From a bacterium (GTDB taxonomy: Bacteria; Hinthialibacterota; Hinthialibacteria; Hinthialibacterales; Hinthialibacteraceae), in NCBI GenBank assembly GCA_963663405.2, contig CAXXSM010000170.1, positions 1 through 11,909 on the forward strand: a stretch of 11,909 nt of DNA, given 5' to 3'. Below are positions 1 through 7,886 of this stretch, piece by piece. A program made the position numbers and the translations under genes. Numbering within the stretch: the first letter of the stretch is position 1; each line of letters begins with the position of its first letter. Under the pieces are notes generated by a model. The model had not been told where the DNA came from, ran no database searches, and was given only the letters and a program-made list of their open reading frames with translations.

Positions 1-585
1 TTGTAATCACCAGGGGTTGGCATGTATAAAAATCCAGGTGGAATCTGAGATTTCACTTGTTCCATAGGATACGTCGATGAATTGTTGTGGATAATCTTTG
101 TATTGATGAATGATCGTTTGCCCATCTGGTAAGATTAATGCGATATCTTCACTGCTGCCACTCAGTTTGAAATTGGTATGCAAGTAGCCACTCGTATCTT
201 GATACGGGAGTACTATCGGTATCTTTTCCGGATGCGAAAATGAGAAGATATTCTCCTGGCGCTAGCGTTATATCTGATGTATCTGCAGTGGGGAACTGCC
301 ATTTGGTCAAATCAGATAGATCGGTTCCGTCAGGTAATAGGAATTCAAGTTGACGGCTTCACTAGTTGGATTGTAGAGTTCAATCCAGTCGGAATACTCT
401 CCATCTCCATCGGTCAGGGTGTTTATATTGATCGCCATAAATTCGGATAGAATCACATGAGTGAAATTCTCCTGTGTCATGGCAGGATTGATAATCCATA
501 ATGAGGTAAATAATGTCAATATTCTAGAGATAATTGAAATTAAATGTTGAGATTTTTTTAATCTTTTTTCTTTTTGTATTCTCAT
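1..585 (-). pseudogene. Secreted lamin-tail-domain (LTD) protein, N-terminal part (often CotH-kinase-associated); frameshifted as sequenced and running off the left edge
   Basis: ATG at 585 with GGAGG RBS (591-595) and a signal-peptide-like N-terminus. LTD motifs VILSEFMAIN..DGDGEYSDWIELYNP..VNLNSYYLT lie in the 307..585 ORF. The domain continues in shifted frames: DLTKWQFP..LAPGEYLLIFASGKD (~320-221), LHTNFKLSGSSEDIALILPDG..YPQQFIDVSYG (~183-61) and MPTPGDY (~23-3). Three frame changes, at ~325, ~220 and ~60-30; the gene may be intact in vivo. Confidence 0.8.
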
Positions 586-603
586 GATTTCCTCCGGCTA
601 TCC

Positions 604-1245
604 TCATGAATTAGTGGCGGTCGTAACGACTGGAATGGATGCTTCATCATGAGTGGAGTTTTTGATCTCATTCCGGGGCTCATGAATCACAAAATCTAAT
701 TTAAATACATCAAAAAATAAATCTTTTTTATGAGTGACAGCAGATTTTATTTTAAAGCAACTTGCATGTGGAAAGAGAAAGCAATTGCAATGATAACCCT
801 CTATGGAACAGACTAGATTCTTTATACTGGATGTACGAGTGTAATCTAAAGCGTCGGCAATCCGTAGAAGAGCGCTCATTTTTCTAACGATTTGTTGTTC
901 GGTTGGAGTCAGAACAGCATATTCATTGTGTTTTATACAGGGGAAAGATTTTCTGTGATACCGCGCAATATTGCCTATAAGCAGTTTTTCTTTTGGAGTA
1001 AAAGAGGGAAAATTCCCATTTTTAATAATGATGGAAGAATGAATATGATGTTTTTTATGACTGATCGTCAAACCTATATCATGCAAATAAGCGGCGCATT
1101 GAAGGAGCATACGGGCTTTCTCATCGCACTGATGGAGTTTTTCTAGTTGATCGAAAAGAAGGAGAGACAGTCTCCCTACATGAATCGAATGCGCTGGATC
1201 ATTGTCATGAGATTGTATGAATTGGTGAATTTCATCTAGATACAT
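604..1245 (-). CDS. HD-domain phosphohydrolase resembling the C-terminal HD domain of Ppx/GppA exopolyphosphatase (stand-alone, 213 aa)
   Basis: Motifs HSIHVGRLSLLLFDQL, AAYLHDIG..ISHKKHHIHS, IARYHRKSFP and LLRIADALD match the Ppx/GppA C-terminal region. There is no N-terminal ASKHA catalytic domain. The stop lies 18 bp before the LTD gene start. Confidence 0.85.
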   Translation of the reverse strand: MYLDEIHQFIQSHDNDPAHSIHVGRLSLLLFDQLEKLHQCDEKARMLLQCAAYLHDIGLTISHKKHHIHSSIIIKNGNFPSFTPKEKLLIGNIARYHRKSFPCIKHNEYAVLTPTEQQIVRKMSALLRIADALDYTRTSSIKNLVCSIEGYHCNCFLFPHASCFKIKSAVTHKKDLFFDVFKLDFVIHEPRNEIKNSTHDEASIPVVTTATNS

Positions 1246-1259
1246 TTTTTTTCTTTCAA

Positions 1260-1598
1260 ATGAGGCAGGAGAGTTATACTCGATGTCAAAAAAAGACCAA
1301 AACGATTAATCTATTAAAAAAACTTCATACGGAGTACCAATCAAGTACGGTCATTACTCATTCTGAGCGGCAACGCCGATTATACCATCAACAACTCCTG
1401 CAACATGCGATTAAACAGTTATCAGAGAAAGCCCGTGAAATTGTCTTATTGCATTACATGAACGGTTTAAGTTGTGAACAGATCGCGGCTCAAACTGGGA
1501 CGCGGCCCGGCACAATTAAGAGTCACTTATTTAAAGCGCGTCAGAAAATGTTACGGCTTTTGGCCGACATTGGCGTTCACTCGATTGAAGATATTTAA
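1260..1598 (+). CDS. ECF-type sigma-70 region 4 protein (region 2 not seen)
   Basis: AIKQLSEKAREIVLLHYMNGLSCEQIAAQTGTRPGTIKSHLFKARQKM is a typical ECF sigma region 4.2 HTH, and the gene lies directly upstream of a FecR gene. The start is uncertain: ATG 1260, or ATG 1283 (AGGAG at 1267-1271) if the A7 run at 1288-1294 has one extra A. Confidence 0.8.
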   Translation: MRQESYTRCQKKTKTINLLKKLHTEYQSSTVITHSERQRRLYHQQLLQHAIKQLSEKAREIVLLHYMNGLSCEQIAAQTGTRPGTIKSHLFKARQKMLRLLADIGVHSIEDI

Positions 1599-1647
1599 GA
1601 TGCGCCGGCAAGAAAACAAACCTATTCTGCCGCCGCAAGAGGTGAAT

Positions 1648-2460
1648 ATGAAACGGTTACCGGATTCCAACGCAGAGACCAGCGAGATTCTACTTCGTGA
1701 GTTGGGGAAATCAGCCCTTCCCAATTCAGAGCAGTTTGAAAAGAATCTTCTAGTCCGGCTGGAAAAAGAACGCATTAGACCTTCTTATAAACCAAGCCAA
1801 GCTGTTCCTTGGTATGCCATGCCTTGGATGCGGTTCGCTTATGCGGCGGTGATTCCGCTTCTTTTAATTGTATCAGGAACATATTGGTATTATTCCGCTA
1901 CAAAACCCATTGCGATTGTCGCGGTAGCTTTGGGGAAGATATCGGCTCCCAATCTGTCTTCTGAAGAAACTCCCTTGTATCCGGGAGATACGATTCATAG
2001 CGATGCCGCCGGTCAAGCCAGCTTATTGTTATCGGATTATTCTTTGATCCGAATCGATACGCAATCGGCTTTACAACTCACCAAACAACGGAATATTCAA
2101 TTGCTGGAAGGCCGTTTATTCGCGGAAGTTGCTCGGACTTCGAACCGTGATCAATTCCGGATTCATGCGAACGATATTTCTGTCATTGTATTGGGAACAT
2201 CTTTTGAAGTTGATGTTCAAAAGGAGAAAACCGTCGTAACCGTTTACGAAGGCTCTGTACAAGTGGATTGGTCCGGCCAGTCGAAAACACTGACCACTGG
2301 AGATTCTCTCTCGGTTTCAATGAAAGACAAACATTCCCAGATGTGTAGAATTGATGAGAATATGCCGGATTGGGCGAAGAAATTATACTCAATGGAATCC
2401 TGCAGCCCGATTATCAAAGCTATGCGGGAGCATTTCCCCAGCCGTTCGCTCGATATCTAG
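1648..2460 (+). CDS. FecR-domain membrane anti-sigma/sensor protein (270 aa)
   Basis: Start reassigned from 1474 to ATG 1648 (GAGGTG RBS just upstream; avoids overlapping the sigma gene). Short cytoplasmic N-terminus, one TM helix (FAYAAVIPLLLIVSGTYWYY), then FecR motifs LYPGDTI..ASLLLSDYSLIRI..LLEGRLFAEV..VIVLGTSFEV..VTVYEGSVQV. Confidence 0.88.
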   Translation: MKRLPDSNAETSEILLRELGKSALPNSEQFEKNLLVRLEKERIRPSYKPSQAVPWYAMPWMRFAYAAVIPLLLIVSGTYWYYSATKPIAIVAVALGKISAPNLSSEETPLYPGDTIHSDAAGQASLLLSDYSLIRIDTQSALQLTKQRNIQLLEGRLFAEVARTSNRDQFRIHANDISVIVLGTSFEVDVQKEKTVVTVYEGSVQVDWSGQSKTLTTGDSLSVSMKDKHSQMCRIDENMPDWAKKLYSMESCSPIIKAMREHFPSRSLDI

Positions 2461-2566
2461 CCAGATAAAATTCGAAATTAGGATTTTGCATATTCTTTCA
2501 AGGTATAGAATTCGTAAAAGTGATGGATTTGAAGATTGACCTTGATAGAATCGAATTAAACCAACG

Positions 2567-4192
2567 ATGAAATTACTCCTTTTCGTTCTTTTCTGCTTCC
2601 TGCTATTCATTGATCCCGCCTCTAGTGATCCACCGATTCCTTTTGAGGGATTCACCGTGCGTGCTCTGGATCCTACGAGTGACTTATTGAGTGGAATGAT
2701 ATGGACTGAGGATGGATTGGTTGTGTGTGACCGCCGGGCGGGGACATTGCTTCGCATCCAGCATGATGGGACAACCGGTGTTTTACTCGATCAATTGATT
2801 ACACCTGTCGATGTAATGGAATATGGAAATGAATGGTTGATTCTTCAAGAGAGTGAGGGATCGTTGATTGGCGTTGATAAATCGACTTTGCAGCGGCGAA
2901 TCGTCGCCGATGGATTTAATTATCCAACCGCATTTACCATCGACGATCGAAATATGGCCTATGTCACGGAATTTTATAAAGGCGTTTTATTACAGGTCAA
3001 TCTTCAGATTGGCGAAGTGGAAAAGATCTGGATTGGATTTGACCGGCCGGCGGACGTACTCTTCGTTGAGCCGGATTTTCTTTATGTCGCCGATCAAGTC
3101 GGAGCCGATCTTCAAGATGGCGCTGTTTATAAATTCCACCGGGATGGGAAATTATTCAATATAGAAAAAGGAATCATTGATCCTACAGGTCTAGCTCTTT
3201 CGTCCGCTGGTGAAGTATACGTTTCAACGTTCTCGATCCCGGATTCATCTCCTGATAACCGGATGGGACGCTTCAATGGTGGAGTGGTACGTTTAAGAGG
3301 TGATGATCCTCCCGAATCCATTGTCTCTGGTTTGTTTGGACCGACCAGTATTGTTTTTGATGGGGGGGGAAATTTAATCGTTCTTGAAGAGCCATCGGAT
3401 TCTATTTATCGATATACATTGGCAAGCGAACGCACGCCGATTGTGGAAGGATTCTTGCCGATTGAGCAGGCGGGCCGCAATAATGATGGAGATATTTTCG
3501 CGATTGAAATGGCGCCTTTTCATCAATTAAAAATTCTTCCTGAAGAGAGCTCGATGTACTCTTGGGACTATTCACTCCAAGGCCCAATGGATCGAGTCAA
3601 ATTATCTGTCGATGGAGAGGGGTATGTGTATTTAGCGGAACCGCTGTCGTCAAAGATCCATGTTTACGACCAAATGGGAAATCCAATTCATACATATGAC
3701 AACATAGTCCCTTTTTTTATGGCTGGTATTCCAACGGGAGGGATTATCGTCCTTACGATGGCAAGTAATTCATTAATCGTTTCCTTATTAAATCCAAGTG
3801 GAAATCAGAAAACGTTTTCCCTTGATCTTGACGGGATGTTTACGACGGGATTCGCCAAATCTGAGGATCAAGTGATTGTCTCTTTAACCAATGGTGAAAT
3901 ACAAGAATTGGATTTTAATACTAGAGAGAAAAGAACCATTATACCGAGTACGCAAGGAACCGCCTATCTTTCCTCCGCGATGGATCGAAAGAGAAAAAAT
4001 GCGTTCTGGTTATTCGATACAAATCATCAAATCTTATTTTGGAATGGAGAGGAACTGATCCCCGCTGCGCAGACGGTTGAATCGGGAATACTTCTTCCGG
4101 ATCCCAATGGCGTAATCTTTTTAGGGAATTCGGGGAAGCGCTTCCTTCTCTTCAATGATGACACAGCGATTTCCAATTGGCGTTTATTTTAA
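2567..4192 (+). CDS. Secreted NHL/SMP-30-like beta-propeller repeat protein (541 aa)
   Basis: Signal peptide MKLLLFVLFCFLLFIDPASS. Repeated ~40-aa blades: TPVDV, YPTAFTIDDRNMAYVTE, RPADVLF..LYVAD, DPTGLALSSAGEVYVST, GPTSIVFDGGGNLIVLE, VDGEGYVYLAE..KIHVYD. Function unknown. Confidence 0.75.
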   Translation: MKLLLFVLFCFLLFIDPASSDPPIPFEGFTVRALDPTSDLLSGMIWTEDGLVVCDRRAGTLLRIQHDGTTGVLLDQLITPVDVMEYGNEWLILQESEGSLIGVDKSTLQRRIVADGFNYPTAFTIDDRNMAYVTEFYKGVLLQVNLQIGEVEKIWIGFDRPADVLFVEPDFLYVADQVGADLQDGAVYKFHRDGKLFNIEKGIIDPTGLALSSAGEVYVSTFSIPDSSPDNRMGRFNGGVVRLRGDDPPESIVSGLFGPTSIVFDGGGNLIVLEEPSDSIYRYTLASERTPIVEGFLPIEQAGRNNDGDIFAIEMAPFHQLKILPEESSMYSWDYSLQGPMDRVKLSVDGEGYVYLAEPLSSKIHVYDQMGNPIHTYDNIVPFFMAGIPTGGIIVLTMASNSLIVSLLNPSGNQKTFSLDLDGMFTTGFAKSEDQVIVSLTNGEIQELDFNTREKRTIIPSTQGTAYLSSAMDRKRKNAFWLFDTNHQILFWNGEELIPAAQTVESGILLPDPNGVIFLGNSGKRFLLFNDDTAISNWRLF

Positions 4193-4277
4193 TCTCTCCT
4201 TAATCTCTATAAAAAATAATCCCCACCCAATTTGAAATGACCGTTCAACATTAATCCAGCTCTTAACATGGCGGATA

Positions 4278-4307
4278 TTGATGTGAATGGATAAAGTGTG
4301 CTATGTT
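4278..4307 (+). promoter_or_regulatory. Candidate sigma70 promoter for the M14/lyase/GH run
   Basis: TTGATG (4278-4283), an 18-bp spacer and TATGTT (4302-4307), preceded by an extended -10 TG (4299-4300). The position fits a start codon at 4348. Pattern match only. Confidence 0.35.
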
Positions 4308-4347
4308 AGATGGGACTGAGACTATTTCTTTTGAGGAGATCACGAAT

Positions 4348-5505
4348 ATGTTTTTTCAAATTAATCATGCCGCAAGATTTGTGATAGCCGTTTTGACAAT
4401 CGTTTTCATGAATGGTTTTCCCTCGAATGCGGATACGATTGAACGTAACTATCCCCAACAGGAAGTTCCTTCCTTCTGGAAAGGCGCTGTCGACAATGTG
4501 ATGGAGATGGTGGCTTCTGTTGAGCGTGGAAAAACGAAAGCCATCGCCATCTCTCCTGGTGGACGTCCCGTGTATCTGTTTACATACGGCCCAACCGTCG
4601 ATCTTCAGAGTCAGGCCAATTACGGCTCTGCGGCGGCGGCGAGGGATCCTGGATATTACGCGAGAAAAAAAGAGACTGATCCACCGATTGTCTACATCAT
4701 TGGAGGACCGCATGGTCAGGAGATGGAAGGGGTTGTAGGACTTGTGAATCTGATCCAGGTCGCCGAAACCGGAAAGGATTTCAGGGGAAAAGAGTGGCCC
4801 CGTCTTCGTGAGAATTTTGATAAATGCCGGGTTGTGATTGCGCCTCTCGCCAATCCCGATGGACGGGCGCGGTGTCCATATGACAGTTTTATTGGGATTC
4901 CCGTTGATGAAATGACTCGTGTCGGACAGGGTACGCGGAAAGATGGAACGAATTATGGTTGGCCGGGCGCCAAAAAACTTCACCCGATGAAGGGCGATGT
5001 CGGCATCCTTGGCGCCTATTTCAACGATGATGGTATCAACTTGATGCACGATGAATTTATGTCTCCCATGGCGGATGAGACCGAGGCGCTGCTGCGGATC
5101 GCGCGGGAAGAAGCGCCCGATTATATTCTGAACCTTCACTCACATGGGGCCGCTCCTATGATTCTTTCAACCGCTTACGTTCCCTGGTATCACAAGGTGA
5201 TAGAATCACATTTCTCGGAGATTTTGATGAAACGATACCAAGATGAAAACCTGCCTGCGGCAAGAGTTTGTGTTCCGTCCAGGGATGGGGAAAAATACCC
5301 ACCTCCTTCGTTCAATTTGACTAGCGCTTTGCACCATTGTTGTGGAGGGGTATCCATGCTTTTTGAATGCCCCCACGGTTTGAAAGAAGAGAGATATCCG
5401 CAAGTGAATCATGAACAAATCTTGGATATTGAATTGATTCTATACGAAGAATTCTTAGCCTTGGCTGTAAAGAATCCAAGACCAAGACCTTTGAATGAGA
5501 ATTGA
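4348..5505 (+). CDS. Secreted M14-family zinc carboxypeptidase/deacylase-like enzyme
   Basis: Zn-ligand motif GGPHGQEMEG (HxxE), PLANPDGR, LNLHSHG (third ligand) and a candidate catalytic Glu in LFECPHG. Start placed at ATG 4348 (GAGGAG at 4333-4338), which gives a signal peptide ending ..FPSNA; the ORF track start is 4303. Confidence 0.85.
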   Translation: MFFQINHAARFVIAVLTIVFMNGFPSNADTIERNYPQQEVPSFWKGAVDNVMEMVASVERGKTKAIAISPGGRPVYLFTYGPTVDLQSQANYGSAAAARDPGYYARKKETDPPIVYIIGGPHGQEMEGVVGLVNLIQVAETGKDFRGKEWPRLRENFDKCRVVIAPLANPDGRARCPYDSFIGIPVDEMTRVGQGTRKDGTNYGWPGAKKLHPMKGDVGILGAYFNDDGINLMHDEFMSPMADETEALLRIAREEAPDYILNLHSHGAAPMILSTAYVPWYHKVIESHFSEILMKRYQDENLPAARVCVPSRDGEKYPPPSFNLTSALHHCCGGVSMLFECPHGLKEERYPQVNHEQILDIELILYEEFLALAVKNPRPRPLNEN

Positions 5506-5524
5506 AAACTAGAAGGGAACTTTC

Positions 5525-7804
5525 ATGTGTATTTATAAATACAATCAAAAAAGTACACGATTCTGTTCCGTGTTCTTTTTACTTTTATTCGGTGCTTTTT
5601 TGTTTTCGAGTCTCCCTTTGGAATCGTCTGAAAATGAGTCAAGCGATTTATGGGTGTCATTAATCCGAAAGGATCATCCACGTCTTTTCTTCAATCAGGA
5701 GATGTGGCCCGCTATCCGTGATAGAGCATTGAATCAGGAACACGAATGGTATGTGGAAATGAAGAGAAGGGTAGACGGTTACCCAGATCAACCCACGGCC
5801 GAAAGTCAACGGGATGATTTCGCATACCGTTTATTGGAGAATGGGCAATACGAAACCATACGGCTTCCCCGGCCCACGGAATGGGGCGCGCAGGCGATGG
5901 AAACAGCCTTTATCTATTGTATGACGGGGGATAAAGCCTATTTGGAAAAAACGAAACGGATGTTGAACGCCAGTGTGTCCGCCTTTTGTGAATGTTATGA
6001 AAAAGGTATGACAGTAAATTGGTATTCCACTAGCCGGGTATGCGCGCTGGCCGCTTATGATTGGATCTACAATGATCTGACGCCGGACGAGCGATCCGCC
6101 ATCATTAAACCGTTTCTGGAACACATTGAAAACACACAGCCGGGACCTGGAAAAAAGAGAATCTACCGCCTGAACGGCAGTGATCATACAACCGGTTTTT
6201 ATGGTGAACGCAACATTGTGTGGTTCGCCGGTTTGGCCGCTTTCAATGACGGAATCGAAGATGAGACGGCGCTCCAGTTTCTCAAATTAGGGTATCGCTA
6301 CAACCATGACTTGTTTGAATACAGAAAAAAATGCGCTGGTGATGATGGGGGGTTGGCTTCCGCGGCGGTTGGATACGCCATGGGGGCGTATCCCTGGGCG
6401 CAGTTCAATTTTCTGCATACGTGGCGGTCGGCCACTGGACAGGAAATCGCTGATAAATGGCCCCATTTAGCTTATTTTCCCATTTGGATTTTATGGAACT
6501 GGATTCCTGGCGATATCCCGCGCGAATACGGCACAGGGGATACGTATCATTATAGGAACGATCTGCGTCTTCATCAGATGTACACGCATATGTCTCAGAT
6601 TATGCATTTATATGGAGAATCGTTTCCTGATTGCGCGGCGCAGGCCGCCTATATACGAACGCTTCTGCCGGACAGGATGAAGAACTACTCAAGAACATGG
6701 CCTGTTTATCCGTTTTTGCTAACACAACTGGAAAAAGCGCCCGTTCCACAAGAACCAAAAGACGCGGATCTTCACGCCCGGCATTTTGAAACGTTAGGGC
6801 AGATTTTTATGCGATCCGGATTTAGCGAGGATGACACGTTCAGTCTCTTTACAATCGGCTCGCAAGTGCCCAGTCACAAACAGCATGATGAAAACAATTT
6901 TGTCATATACAAAAAAGGCTATCTAGCGCTGGATTCCGGCACACGGGGCCGGGAGACAGGATATCAATTACGGCATTACTATTCTCAGACCGTTGCGCAT
7001 AACTGCATTTTAATTCATATGCCCGGTGAACCGTTTCCCGGCTATTGGGGATTGGCCTGTCCTGATGAAGAAGGAAAGCTCAGCTGTGGGGGAACATACA
7101 AAACCACAGGCGGTATATGCGCCGCTTTCGAAACTAATCCTTTCTACACATACGCGGCTGGCGACGCCACTCCCTGCTATCGTCCGGAAAAATGCCGGCT
7201 CGCTCTCCGCCAGTACCTTTTTGTCTATCCCGATTATTTTGTGATCTGCGATCGTGTACAATCCACGAAAGCCTCCTATAAAAAGGATTGGCTGCTTCAC
7301 ACACAAAACGAACCAAATGTAAATGGCAATGTTTTTTCCACGGTAGAAGGGGAAGGGAAACTCTTCTGCAAGACACTGTATCCCAGAGACGCTGTCCTGA
7401 CTAAAATTGGCGGTCCGGGAAAAGAATTCTATTCCAATGGCAGGAATTGGGATGTAGTTCCGGATGTCAAACAACAGTGGGGAGAGACAGCATTGTGGGG
7501 GCGCTGGCGAATAGAAGTGTCTCCAGGAACTCCCCGGATGGAGGATGTTTTTTTACATTTGATCCAAGTTGGCGATCAAACTCTTTCATCCATGATCGAA
7601 TCAAAACTTGTGGAAAATGATGATGAAATCGGAGTTGAGTTTCAGGCCGATGGTAAAACCGTCATAGTAACATTTGTAACGGAAGGTCAGGCGGCTGGGC
7701 ATATAACGATTTCCCAAAAAGGCAATATAGTCCTCGATCAAGATCTCACACAAAAAGTCAAACCGCAGGCTGGCTTATCCGGAGCGATGACTTCGTCCCA
7801 ATAA
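5525..7804 (+). CDS. Heparinase II/III-like polysaccharide lyase (759 aa, secreted)
   Basis: Hydrophobic N-terminal signal, HPRLFF at the start of the helical domain, IFMRSGF, HKQHDENNFVIYKKGYLALDSG, YYSQTVAHNCILI, YFVICDRV..WLLHTQNEP, and C-terminal GRWRIEVSP..DVFLHLIQVGD resembling heparinase II. Substrate cannot be determined from sequence. Confidence 0.88.
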   Translation: MCIYKYNQKSTRFCSVFFLLLFGAFLFSSLPLESSENESSDLWVSLIRKDHPRLFFNQEMWPAIRDRALNQEHEWYVEMKRRVDGYPDQPTAESQRDDFAYRLLENGQYETIRLPRPTEWGAQAMETAFIYCMTGDKAYLEKTKRMLNASVSAFCECYEKGMTVNWYSTSRVCALAAYDWIYNDLTPDERSAIIKPFLEHIENTQPGPGKKRIYRLNGSDHTTGFYGERNIVWFAGLAAFNDGIEDETALQFLKLGYRYNHDLFEYRKKCAGDDGGLASAAVGYAMGAYPWAQFNFLHTWRSATGQEIADKWPHLAYFPIWILWNWIPGDIPREYGTGDTYHYRNDLRLHQMYTHMSQIMHLYGESFPDCAAQAAYIRTLLPDRMKNYSRTWPVYPFLLTQLEKAPVPQEPKDADLHARHFETLGQIFMRSGFSEDDTFSLFTIGSQVPSHKQHDENNFVIYKKGYLALDSGTRGRETGYQLRHYYSQTVAHNCILIHMPGEPFPGYWGLACPDEEGKLSCGGTYKTTGGICAAFETNPFYTYAAGDATPCYRPEKCRLALRQYLFVYPDYFVICDRVQSTKASYKKDWLLHTQNEPNVNGNVFSTVEGEGKLFCKTLYPRDAVLTKIGGPGKEFYSNGRNWDVVPDVKQQWGETALWGRWRIEVSPGTPRMEDVFLHLIQVGDQTLSSMIESKLVENDDEIGVEFQADGKTVIVTFVTEGQAAGHITISQKGNIVLDQDLTQKVKPQAGLSGAMTSSQ

Positions 7805-7886
7805 ATCAAGACGCATCTACAACCTTTATGATGCAAGCGCCTATATATAGATCTGAGACTTCATGATTGAGAGGAGATGAAGAGTT

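Noticed and set aside
1602-1637. GC-rich imperfect hairpin (GCGCCGGCAAGAA..TTCTGCCGCCGC) between the sigma and FecR genes as a terminator
   Set aside because: The stem is mismatched, has no U-tract and abuts the FecR RBS; too weak to call.
1474-1647. N-terminal extension of the FecR ORF as given in the track
   Set aside because: It overlaps the sigma4 gene by 125 bp and looks non-coding in this frame; ATG 1648 has a good RBS.
4306-5139. 277-aa antisense ORF
   Set aside because: It lies opposite the well-supported M14 gene and has no recognisable motifs; a shadow ORF.
7809-7866. Short palindromes (GCATC..GATGC, CTATATATAG, TCATGA) between the lyase and GH genes
   Set aside because: Too short to distinguish from chance.
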